Both the position numbers and the translations under genes were made by a program. A stretch of 64,000 nucleotides of DNA, from assembly GCA_030141605.1 (NCBI GenBank), contig JAQGDQ010000596.1:62001-126000 (forward strand), read 5' to 3'. Below are positions 49,701 through 61,201 of the stretch, in pieces. The stretch's first letter is position 1. Every line of letters begins with the position of its first letter. A model generated the notes under the pieces. The model was not told the DNA's origin. It worked only from the letters and a program-made list of their open reading frames with translations, and did no database searches. Source of the stretch: Tubiluchus corallicola (taxonomy: Eukaryota > Animalia > Priapulida).

Positions 49701-51841
49701 TTACGCCTGAGTTCTTTTTCAAAGAATGAATACAACACGACAAGCGCCTGTTCTAGGGTTTCCCCTCGCAGTTTGTTCCATTCCTGCACATTGTGACTAA
49801 ATTCATCTCTGTAGTAAAGCTGCTTTATTTCTTCGTAGTAGGTCATGCTGCCATCTAACTGGTCGAAATCTATGCCCATTGACATTTTTATCAAATGTTC
49901 TTCTTCAGCCAGAGTGAGCTTCAAAAAATCATCTCCTTTCAGATCTTTAACAGGCTTATTTTTTAGATACTTCATGGAGTATAAATAATGATTCTCGTCT
50001 ATTTCTTTCTTTCCTTTCTTTGTGGGTTTTACGTTCAGTTTAGCTCTCTCGTAGTACGTCGAACGCACACACTGCCTCACTAACGGGTCCCTGGCAATCT
50101 GCATCGCAACCATGTGTTGAGCACCTTTAATGACGTGTGTGGAAGTAGGAAATGTGTTACAAATGTACTCATGTGATACTTCAAATGGTTCGGTTGGATA
50201 CTGTTCGACCTCGTGCCGTTGGTAATTGTCACGGAGATTTTCCCCAAACTGTTCCGGAGTCAAGCCAAACTTCCTAGCTAAACTATCGAGACCCGCTTGC
50301 ACACATATCGTGTAACCATCTTTTCTAAAAGCCTGTTTTACCTTTTCTGACTTAACGCCACCGTTCTCTTCTTCGTCGTTCGACGCTTTACTATTGTGCA
50401 TTTTGGCAACATCGCGTCCATAATAAAGAAGGAAATGTCCATACACATCTTGCAGTTCTTCAATAGTCTCAACAGAAGATATGCGTTCAATGTCTTGTTC
50501 TGTAAGTGCACGAAAGCTTTCAGATAATGGCTCATCTGGATTAGCTGTAATAATCTCATACTGATACTTTTGTAACTTTTCGAATAAATTTACTAAATTC
50601 TTTTTTCGGCGTCGAAGCTGAGACCATTTCTGATCCCAGTGATAGACTTTCCATAAATCGTTTATGTTAAGGTCGGGTTCTACATATTCTTTTCTGTAAA
50701 AAGCAATAAACGGAACTTCGAACTGCTGGTTTCGCATAAAATTCAAGGCTTCCCGGATCTTTCCAATCGCGGTCGGGCCCTTGGTTGTGTGATCCGGGTC
50801 ACTTCCCTCTGCCATCTCTTGTTTGCTTTGTATAGAAACGGTAGGGGTACAAAACGCATGCTTGAAAATCCAATCTGCTTCGTCCTCTAACTCACCTTCT
50901 TCTGTTGGTCTAACTGGAATTGTTCGCAATTGAAATCTCTCGGGAATATCAGTTGTTCTGATATCATTATCTAGTTCAGTAAAGTGTCCTCGTTCTAACT
51001 CGCTGGGTTCATATACATCAAATATCGACTTCTTCACACGTTTTTTCTGCACTTTTTTCTTTGGCCTTGCAATTTCTTCATCACCTTCCTCTTCTTCCTC
51101 ATAATCCATATCTTCTTCTTCCTCTTCGTAGTCATCGCCGTACTGTTCAAACTCTGAAAAATCAAAGTCTCCGCCAAAGATATCTTGTGCCTCTTGCAAA
51201 GCAGAATCTCGATGCCTTACTCGCGAACGTTTTGGACCTTTGGCAGAGATTGGCTGACCTTCGTCGTCGACTATAAAATCGTCAACATCAGATTCTTCTT
51301 CTTCTTCGTCTCCTACGTCTTCCATTTCCATTTCTGGGCGGGCAACCTCTTTTGGATCTTCCTCATCACCCGATCCCTCGAAAAGCTCATTTGCAATCGC
51401 GTCACGATCATCGCCAACAGCTCCAGCATCTGCATCACTATCTTCATCGTCAGAGATTTTTAGCCTTCGAAATTTTTTCCTCTTCACCTTTACCCCCAAG
51501 TTTTCCTCTATGAGGTCATAATCTTCATCCTCCAATCTGTCATCATCGTCATCATCATCCTCTTCCTCGTTGTGTTTACGCTTTTTGGCACTGCCCTCTT
51601 CATCAGAATGACTGCTTTCCTCTTCTTCATCATCATTTATCAGGTCTTTCATTTCTTCACGTATTACATCTTCGTCATCCTCTTCCTCATCCTCCTCGTC
51701 ACTACTATCAACAACAGCTTTCTTCTTTGCACTTTTACTTTTTTCCTTCCGCAAAGAACTGCTTCCCTCCGCATCGGATCCTAGATCAGAATTTTCTTCG
51801 GCATCTGACACTTCTGCTTCTTCCTCGAGGAAATCAGACAT
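46745..51841 (-). CDS. SUPT6H: Transcription elongation factor / histone chaperone SPT6, 1698 aa, uninterrupted single-exon CDS
   Basis: Acidic N-terminus (EAEVSD, DDFIVDD), [20 protein letters not shown], YqgF-like region, HhH (GLGPRKA), [23 protein letters not shown], S1 with CPFC insert, tandem SH2 ([17 protein letters not shown]), C-terminal GDATPLYDE; acceptor TTTTCAG at 51937-51936. Confidence 0.98.
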   Translation of the reverse strand: [1698 protein letters not shown]

Positions 51842-52208
51842 GTTTGAAGAGCAATAGTGTGATTTCTGTTTTGCAAACAGCAGGCACTTCAGTCACATCA
51901 AATGGTCACATCTTCTCAATATGACTGCCAACCTCCTGAAAACAACATGGACTTTAACATTGTGTAACAAACGGCTGAATACATTACGCTACAGGAGAAT
52001 TATGGTAAAAGATGTTAACTCTTTTAAAGCACTTTTTACTACTATGAATAATCAGTAAGTCCACACCTCAAACAGTAACAGCTTTTTTATATAAAACATG
52101 TTTGGTTAAGAGAATTTTATGTTAGTAGCAACTATGGCAGCTTAGCAAATGAACAAAGTAATTACATGTTGACAAATGCAGAAAATATGACATGTGATAA
52201 ATGAATGT

Positions 52209-52487
52209 TTATTTTCGCTGTATGTTCTACCTTGCTTATTTTCGCTGTATGTTCTACCTTGCTTATTGTCAATGTGTGTTCTACCTTGCCTATTGTCACT
52301 GTGTGTTCTACCTAGCTTATTTTCGCTGTACACATGTTCTACCTTGCCTATTGTCGCTGTACGTTCTATCTTGCTTACTGTCGCTGTACGTTCTACCTTG
52401 CTTACTGTCGCTGTACGTTCTACCTTGCTTATTGTCGCTGTACGTTCTACCTTGCTTATTGTCGCTGTACGTTCTACCTTGCTTATT
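52209..52487. repeat. 27-bp minisatellite, about 10 copies
   Basis: TTATTGTCGCTGTACGTTCTACCTTGC unit; 9-aa periodicity in overlapping ORFs. Confidence 0.95.
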
Positions 52488-52767
52488 CTATTAAAAAATT
52501 TATATTGCAACTTATGCTGTACAATAAGTCAACCTTTTCGCTGTAATGATGATAAATAAACTTATAAATGTAAAGCATGACAAGAAACAACACTGACTTG
52601 CACAAATCAATTATGGGAATCAGCACCAACAACTGGCTACTGCAATAATGATGTTCTTTTATTCTTAATTACTAATAGGTAATGCTAAATGAGTCACAAG
52701 TCGTAATGGTGGTTCTGGAAAAGAACCTGTTAAACTCAAGCTTTTACATCAATTATCCTAATTTATA

Positions 52768-54755
52768 TGTGTGTTTGCTTGCAAACCAAAACCAACCATA
52801 AGACGGCATACTTAATGCCATGTTTCTTCAAAGTAGAATGCACCAAGTTTAGTCAAATGTCAATTTTTGCTTTTTATAAAAACAAATGAAATGCTAAATA
52901 TATTGAACTTTTATATTCTAGCATCAAATTATCAAGAAAATGTTCAAAAAAATACTAAAAATCTAATTTTCTAACCCCATACCCTCTTTTCTGGCTAGAA
53001 ACTAGTAATGCAATTATATAAAATTTGTATCTTTAAACTCTGATAGTAACTCGTGGTAGCAATCATTTTGCTTCCTTCAGCTTTTTCTGTTGCCGAGCCC
53101 AAATCTTCGTGGGGAAGAGTCATCTACTGGATTTAAATGTGCTCTTGCAAAATCCGTACCTACCAACATTTGTGCGGTTGCTGCTAAGTATTTTGTAGAA
53201 ATGCGAAAAAAACAATGGCTGACTTTAACAGCGATTTTCTCCAGGCAGTGATTAAAGGTACGGGTCCGTATCCACACTGCAGCAAGTGAAAAAACAGATC
53301 CGTGTCTAGAAACCATTCACTAGCAAATACGGATCGCCATACCGCAAAAAATATTGACAAGAAACTACTACGGATTGCCATCAGAGATGGGCAGATGTCA
53401 CTTTCTTGTTTATCCGCATCTGCAAAATCCGCAACCGCAACAGTAAATATCCGCATCTGCAAAATACACGATTGAGTGAAATTGCATATCCTCGTATCCG
53501 CAATCCCGAAAAAATGAGGACAACAAATTAACTAGGCTTGGTATGTGTCTCCTATTGTTGAAAACCGTTTCTTAATGTGACGCTAGGAGATATAATCGTG
53601 AATCAATAATAAATTGCTAGCCAGACCCCAGTTTTGCTTGCAAACCTTCAACGACGACTCCCACCGCACGATGTATGTAGTACATCATTCAACTGTATCA
53701 TGCTCTTCACACCATAATATATCTATAGTATGCTATAATATACATATTAATTCTTTATTTGGCATGAAAATGCTCACTCATTACAATAAAAGTGAGTAAG
53801 CCTCAGTGTAAAATTTGAGCAATCCCACCAAAATAGTCCGTCTGTTTTGAGACTAAAATTTCTTCTTTCATTAACTTTAACGTCTTATTCAACACATAAT
53901 CAAAGTTGTGCCAATATTTTAACTAGATTTTTGGCATTTTAAAAAATCCACTGCCATTCCACCGCACATGCATGAGATGCACAGCATAAATTTGGCAACA
54001 GGTGCATTTAACAATTTAGCAGCTCTTATAAATTGGACTTACTGTATATCACATAAAGATTAAAAAGTTTTGCTATGTTCAACAAGTCAATACATCACAA
54101 CCCAAACTAAGGAAAAATACAGGCTAGTGGTCATATCACAACACTCTAAGAAATTCATAACACTTTAAGATTTAAACTCTTGCTAACTGACCTACTGCAC
54201 ATCAAAATATTAAAGTTTTTTGTAACAATAAACAAAATAAATTAATATTTATTTAATTTAACTAACTATATTTACTATATTATCACGAAGTGTAAGTATA
54301 AGTGTAACTATTATATCACGAAGAAAAACGGTACAGGCTGTACAATGGCATACCACCATTTTCATGAAGTGGGAATGTACTTTTCAATGATGTGCGGGGC
54401 ACATGGTCAAACGCCGTATGCTGTAAAAATGGTCAAAATCCGCATGTTTTGCAACTGTCACAAAAAACACGAATCCGTATTTGTTGCAAAAGTAGCTACG
54501 AATATGGATATGTATTCGGTATCGTAGAAAAGACGAGTACGGATCCGTACCTCTAAACACTGCCTTTTCTCAAGGTAACGTTTTTCAGTGCGTAGCTTGC
54601 ACTTCAACTTCGACGTGGATTATCTCATTTTAGAAATAACATGCAACGATAAGCTTGGTATCAAAATGATACTCATGAAATGGATATTCGGGTATGTGAC
54701 TAACTAGAAAAGCTTAATTGCCAACTTATGGACGATTTTGCTTTACAAACACACA
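52768..54755. mobile_element. Second copy of the TGT...ACA TIR element, split by a 1.3-kb insertion
   Basis: Homology to 36045-36678 stops at 53243 and resumes at 54565. Confidence 0.75.
53244..54564. mobile_element. Non-autonomous DNA transposon with GG-starting 27-bp TIRs and 9-bp TSD (Mutator- or Merlin-like)
   Basis: GGCAGTGATTAAAGGTACGGGTCCGTA versus reverse complement GGCAGTGTTTAGAGGTACGGATCCGTA (24/27); TSD TTTTCTCCA/TTTTCTCAA; empty site visible near 36510. Confidence 0.8.
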
Positions 54756-55111
54756 ATCCCAATTCATAAAAAAGGCACGCAAGATTATTGTTCGTTGCAT
54801 ATACTTACAAGGTGAAACCAGCGTAACCCCGAAGTGACACTGATTCTGAAATCTTTTCTTTATTTTTTATTATAATGATAACGACATAAAAATGTTTTGA
54901 AGTATTCAGTGCAATTCATTCACTAAACTTAAAACGTAGAACGCAAGTCTAACCTGATTTTTACCACTGAAGTAAAAGTAACGAAGTTGAAAAGTGATCA
55001 CAGCGCTTTGTATTGCCGGCCACGAATCTTCATCGACACACTCATTGATATGTAGAGCTTCCTTAAAATTGTACCACAGCCGTTAAAATAACAGCAGCAA
55101 CAAACTACTGA

Positions 55112-55219
<108 letters not shown>

Positions 55220-55559
55220 CAAATGTAGTAATAGCAGCAGCAGTAGCACTAACGGTAGTAGCTGTTACATCAATAGTAGAATAGTAGTAGGAGGGATCGA
55301 GGGACACAGAGGGCAAGAAAGAGCGAAAAATCTATACATTAAGCCCAAAATTCAAAATGAATGACCTCATACCTTTCACACACTTGCATGGCTCTATATC
55401 TGTATAATTTCATGTCAGTGGTACGTAACAATGCCTGTAGTACAATGTATAAGTTAACCTAATCATAAGCCCGCTAGGCCCCAGCTAAGTTTACCCATTT
55501 GGTCGCCTAAATTGGCTTCATCTCTTCATTTCTCCTTAGTAATTGAAGTGGGGATATAA

Positions 55560-56655
55560 TTAGTTTTTTAGCGCATTTCTTTAATGTGTATTTTTATGAT
55601 CTATTAGAAAAACTCAGTAAATTATTTGACTCTGCTAAAGTGCTAATAATGATGTTTATGCCGATGGCATTACCTTATTTGCAGGATCAATTTCTACTTT
55701 GCAAATACGTTAAAACTATTGCACTAATTTTGCTAGATCCCATAATATTAATTTCAACCCTGCAAAAGTCCCTGGGACGTTTTCACATAAATAATCAAGT
55801 GCTTCCCTTGATCATCTCATGAGTGATTTGTAGTTCAATTTATTTGTAGTTCATGAGTGACCTTACTCACATTATTTGTAGTGAGACAAATAACAACCGA
55901 AACAGTAGGAACCAGACTAGGTTACTTTGTACCCCTAAACTTGAAATGTATACAGAGTCTATTAAGATTAGGTTGTACAAATGTTACATCTCCATTTTTC
56001 ATTGTTTAGCTCCGTGGTGCGATTTTAATATCAGTCAACAGATTATGTGTAATTTGTAATAATAAAATCATCCAAATTATATTCTTTTTAATCATGAATG
56101 TGGATGTAGCGCTACGCGGATGTGCTGTGGTACTCCTATTCTTCCCCTTGTGGGCGATTCACGAGAGAACTTGCTATAGCATGAGATATAGGATTTAGAG
56201 CTCCAGTAATAGTCTTTAAAAAATGTTGTTCGATCTGGCATATATTTTGTCAATCTAAACTGTTTTGTGTCGAATGGGTGTTTTCAGTGTGCATAACCCA
56301 TGAGGAATTTGTTGTGCTTTTGCTGCTTTTTATTAGGATTTATTTGCCAAATACATAGTGTTTTTCCAATCATTTTATACAGTTTAGTTTTAAATCTTTG
56401 CCACAAGAAATGATATACGCGAACTCTGTAAAAGTATCTGATTGAAAACTAAAAAAAATTAAATTTAATGAACTATTGCAAATTTAGTCGCAACAAATAC
56501 TTTTGAAGTGCCTGTAAGAGCTTTTTAACCTTGGTGGCCTTCCACTTTCAACAGTCTGTTAATAATTTACATATGTAGTTGTATATACAATTTTAGTTTT
56601 GTGCAGTTTTTTCTGTAATTGTATTTTTGTATTGAAGAAATAAATACAAATACAT
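55560..56655 (+). mobile_element. Highly decayed L2/Crack-like LINE 3' remnant
   Basis: Weak C-terminal-like peptide NNRNSRNQTRL..ESIKIR and a T-rich tail ending AATAAATACAAATACA; no RT motif visible. Confidence 0.3.
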
Positions 56656-58659
56656 TCTTCTGTCGCTCTCTTACACAAAATGTTAAAAAAATTAAATTTA
56701 TATTTATGATAATCTCAGTCTAATCTTAAGCAAAAGCTTCATTATTTTTGCAATAAAATGAATTAGTGCAATTACAGAGTCAGCTATACTGAGCTGCACG
56801 TAGCATAAACACCATCTAATCATTATGTAGCCGACGCAGCTTTTGTAAAGGTTAGAACTGTAGAGCTTGCACTACCACAAATATTTGTATTCACTCTTTG
56901 TCACTTCAGTATTCACAATCTGCACCATACAGTTTTACTCTTGTCTCTCATGCACGGAAGGCGGAGCAGAAGTGTTATGTAGTTACAACCTTTGCATGAT
57001 TCAGGATAACGCTTCCGTTTTCTATACTAAGAAACAGATGTGAATAGAATTTATTTCATTAAATGAAATCTTTTGTATTGCTTTCAATATACTTGAACAA
57101 GATTGGATGAGTTCAGGTACAAATGTGCGAGCATGACTGTATTAAATAAGGCACTATGCCTAGTCTGCCTTTCTAGTATATTACTGAGTGGAGCAGTATG
57201 TCCCAATTTTCACGGTTTGACTCCTACTTCGACCCTTAAGTAATCCCGTCTTTTCAAGCTCCTCGTTATTCCAGCCCTCCGGGTGTCCGCACTGCAAGTT
57301 TTCAGGACTTTACAATTACGTACAACTATTCAATGTTATGACTCGAACTGACCCATGTCTTGTGTTCTTGACCCTTCGATGGAGGTCACCATTAACCCGA
57401 GTCGCTACCCCATGCAGGTGTCTACGTTGATAGCTTGACACTAGGACCGCAGTGTTTATATTCTAGCAGTGCATTGTTGCTGCCACCTATTGATCAAAAT
57501 GTTAACACTTGTTATTACCAGCTGTCCGAACTCCGTACGTTGACGAACGAAATTGACAATGTGAAAAATGTTTGACTAGGAGGCATCCCTGGGAAATGCG
57601 AATGTTGTGAACTAAATTTGCTCGCAAAGAATAAACTTATGCTAAAATCCTCAAAATTTAAAAAATACCACTGATGCTTCTGTTTCTAAACGTGCGTCTA
57701 AAAGTAAGATACATAATATAAGTAATTTGCCTAGACGATTTATAGGCAAAACTAACAACAACAAACTGCCAAATAATCAGTAACAATTTAAGTCTTTCTG
57801 ATGAACGTCTATTGTCACTGCTTCAGTGGAAGATCATTTGTGTCAATCTTTGAATCGCTGATCACTATCAAATTCTATGACAATTAACATAATTTTACAT
57901 AACAGGTAAATATTTAGGTAAATAAAAAACGATATGTATCTGTCTATCTGTAATTTATACCTTTAAGTTAAGCATTTTAGACTGTTAAAGAGTGGCTAAT
58001 GGCCTTGTCTGGGCCGATACGTATAAAAATAGCAACAAAACAAATAAATATTTGATATTGATAGCAAATATAAATACTTGATAATCCTCGAGTAAAACTG
58101 GGAAACCACTGAACTGCAAAAGTTGTAACAGGTGTTACAAAATATAACTGTACAACAAATACTTTGCTTAGTCTTCGTTGGCTCAAAAGACGTCGTACTT
58201 AGTTTTAACTTGCAAAACATTATACATGTACTTGCTCCAGCTTACTTGGTCAATCGTTTACATTTCGTATAATTTGTGTAGCAGGAACACACGAAAGATA
58301 ACAAAGAAAATGAATTAGAATTTATTGTACGTTTTAATAAAAAGAAAGTCTTTGTTGATTTGCGATTTTCAAGTATTGATCCAAATTGTTGAAATAAGCT
58401 ACCAAGTGAAATTAGAACTTACACATAAAAAGAAACTGAAATCTTGTCTTTTGGTCTGTATTTCAATGTAGAAATAACAATGTTTTGTAGAGTTTTATGA
58501 TTTACAGATATGTCCAATGGTTTATGTATTATGGCTTTTTAGTACTTTTTTCTAAATATTTTTAATTTTACAGCACCTTTAAAAAAACTTATTAAAAAAA
58601 CCGCTTTGTCTTATAAAACAACTGAAAAAATATAATAATCTCTCGAAATCGGAAAACTC

Positions 58660-58710
58660 AAACGTTTACTCAGCCAAGACTCGAACCCGCAACCTTCTGA
58701 TGACGTCCTA
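58660..58710 (-). mobile_element. tRNA-derived SINE head fragment (B box)
   Basis: Minus strand ATCAGAAGGTTGCGGGTTCGAGTC resembles a tRNA variable loop/T arm; no A box or acceptor stem. Confidence 0.4.
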
Positions 58711-58811
58711 ACATTAAATATCCCAATTTTTGCTTTTTTCTGCGCCATATTTACAGCATCATCATTACATTTACCTGAGCCATTATTAGTTACAGTCCCT
58801 TTATACTGACA

Positions 58812-58891
<80 letters not shown>

Positions 58892-58908
58892 CATCATTAT
58901 TATTATTA
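58812..58908. repeat. (ATT)n microsatellite
   Basis: Direct inspection. Confidence 0.96.
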
Positions 58909-60982
58909 GTGATTCTTGTACACTGATGACAGATACTTGTATACTTGCACAATTCTTGTACACAAAACATTGACACCTTCATTTATTGTAATTACTTGTT
59001 ATGCTTCCTACACGTTTATTAGTTATTAATATGATCAAGCTAGCGTGGTCAAATAACCTGCAATAAGATCAGTTACAATGTTGCCTAGCTGACACGATAC
59101 GTGACACTAATACTTGTTATTTATGAAAAGTTGCACCACAAAGCCGGGTGTAGTCAACACGTACGTGGGTGTTGACAGTTTTCAAAAAATAATGAGTTTT
59201 TGTGAGTTGTTTTTCTCACGTGAAATATGTAGACCGCTCAGTGACTCGTCTGTTTGCGTCACAATGCGTGTATCATTGACGTCATCTAGTGTGACTTTAA
59301 TTGATGTTTTTTACACAAGTTGAAAGTTTTGTGAAACGCATGCAAGTGTTCCCAACTGTGACTAAAGGTTGAAAAATAAAAAAAAATTTAAATTTGCATA
59401 AGACTTAAAAAACAAAATAAACAAAATCAAATAGGTTAGCGAGTGATTATTATTACAAATTCGTACATAGGTCAATGGTCGTTCACATATTTTATGGTCT
59501 TAACACTGAGCCTGTTATTGTACAAACTGCACATGTGTGGTAAGCACAAAGGGGATGTACTTTATATTCTGCTTAGAAGTTCACAACTACAATTATATGA
59601 CTCCACGTCCGTATTTTACAAGCCAGTTCTTGTGCAGGGGTGATGATGACGTCACAAATTCCTAGAAGTACATCTACATTTCCAAAAAATTGCAGGTTTA
59701 TTACTAGCCACAAAAATATTATTTTTCTTTCCCTGCTATTAAGTTTGCTTGGCTAAGTTATTAATATAGGAGACAAGTTATCTGATAATTGTTATTATTT
59801 CAAAAAAAAACTCTTGTGGTAGTTCCCTTATCTTCTTTGTGTAATATTCTTGAAAATATATTCAAATATTTATTAGTTCGATGCGTTTTTAAATTCATGA
59901 CTATAATAGTCTCCCCCCCCCCAGAACAGTAAAGTCGCAGGATAAACTTAGCATTGAATTTGCCCTTCCGTCTACAGTTCTGTATTTTTAAATGAACGAA
60001 TACTTTTTCCAATCAGCTATGATGTTGTCACTAATATGTAGCTCGCGAAGAAGCGGCTATATATGCATTTTAATTGCAACTTAGTATCTAAATAAAACTC
60101 ACATTTTGCAATTGACGTCAAGAATGTTGGTCATTCTCACCGCCTCCACTGTGACGTAAGCAAGCCTCCACTGTGACGGGACAACAGTTCACGCGGGATA
60201 ACAACGTGTTTAGTAAACAACATGACAACTAATGTCTAATCAGCAGGTAAACTGAATGTACTTTTTCATTCACAAAATTTACAAGGCGGCAGGTATTTTG
60301 CACAAAATTAAAACTTCAAGCAGCCAAAAACGACTTTACAGTTTAAGCAGAATGACATGTTTTCAAGGTTTCTAAGAACAATGCATTAAGATGGGTGCCT
60401 AGTCGCGTTAGCACGTAAAGGAACTAAGCCAGTTAAGCCTAGCTGTAAGACAAATGGGCAACAAAATATTTTTACCAAAGTTCCTCTTGCCTTTGAATAT
60501 ACGAACACATCATACATGCGACATTTAATTGATGATGTGGTAATCCGCAAAATTTTATCCACTATTAGTATCTTTCCAAGAGTTTGTCAGGCTACGGAAA
60601 TGGAATAGATTTGATTGTTCTATTCCGTAGACAATCCTTGGACTGATTGCCCGAGTTACATAAATCACAAACCATGATTGTAATCAGAAAAAATCGTCAA
60701 ATTAACCAATGATGTATAATACAAATTTTGACCAATTTTGAACTGACCAGGAAAAAAAATTCCTGATAATTTTGCCTGCTGACACTAAACAAGCCTATAT
60801 TACAGAACTCAATGGCAGGTCGAAATGGATGTAGATTGTTATACTGAGATCAGATTAACTAGTTTATTTCTTCACTCACTTTGCAGAATTCACTACAAAG
60901 TTGTTTTGGATTAAGACGTGTTTCGCATGGCAAGGTTTGCCTTGGGCTATTATTTTCAACACACCTGGGTGGACTCACCACC

Positions 60983-60990
60983 TATATAAG
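60983..60990 (+). promoter_or_regulatory. Putative TATA box
   Basis: TATATAAG 55 nt upstream of an ATG opening a signal-peptide exon; TCAG initiator-like motif at 61019. Confidence 0.5.
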
Positions 60991-61037
60991 CCTGTTTATC
61001 TTAACACTGACATAGATTTCAGCCCAGTGTTATCACA

Positions 61038-61077
61038 ATGAAGACTTTGTTCCTAGCTATTGCTATTTCGTTTACCG
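61038..61077 (+). CDS. Putative first coding exon of a secreted protein (signal peptide MKTLFLAIAISFT); rest not identified in the window
   Basis: ACAATG context, M-K followed by a hydrophobic core, phase-1 consensus donor CCG|GTAAGT at 61078, upstream TATA box. Confidence 0.55.
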
Positions 61078-61201
61078 GTAAGTTGTTGTTCTTTAGTACT
61101 GGGTATAGTTTTGTTTATCTTGTAACAAACATTACTGATAAATAGTTATGACAAACTGGCTTGGTTTCAATTTGACATATGACTTGTGCAAAATTTGTTA
61201 A

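Noticed and set aside
46654-51924. Numerous short ORFs overlapping or antisense to SPT6 (likewise over the ZF, GT32 and CCDC134 genes)
   Set aside because: Shadow frames of real coding sequence with no independent motifs.
57300-57470. GC-richer segment with GTTCGAGTC on the minus strand considered as a tRNA or other Pol III RNA
   Set aside because: No cloverleaf, no convincing A box spacing or T-run terminator; could instead be SPT6 promoter/leader sequence but this is unsupported.
58660-58710. tRNA gene
   Set aside because: Only the T-arm-like part is present; treated as a SINE fragment.
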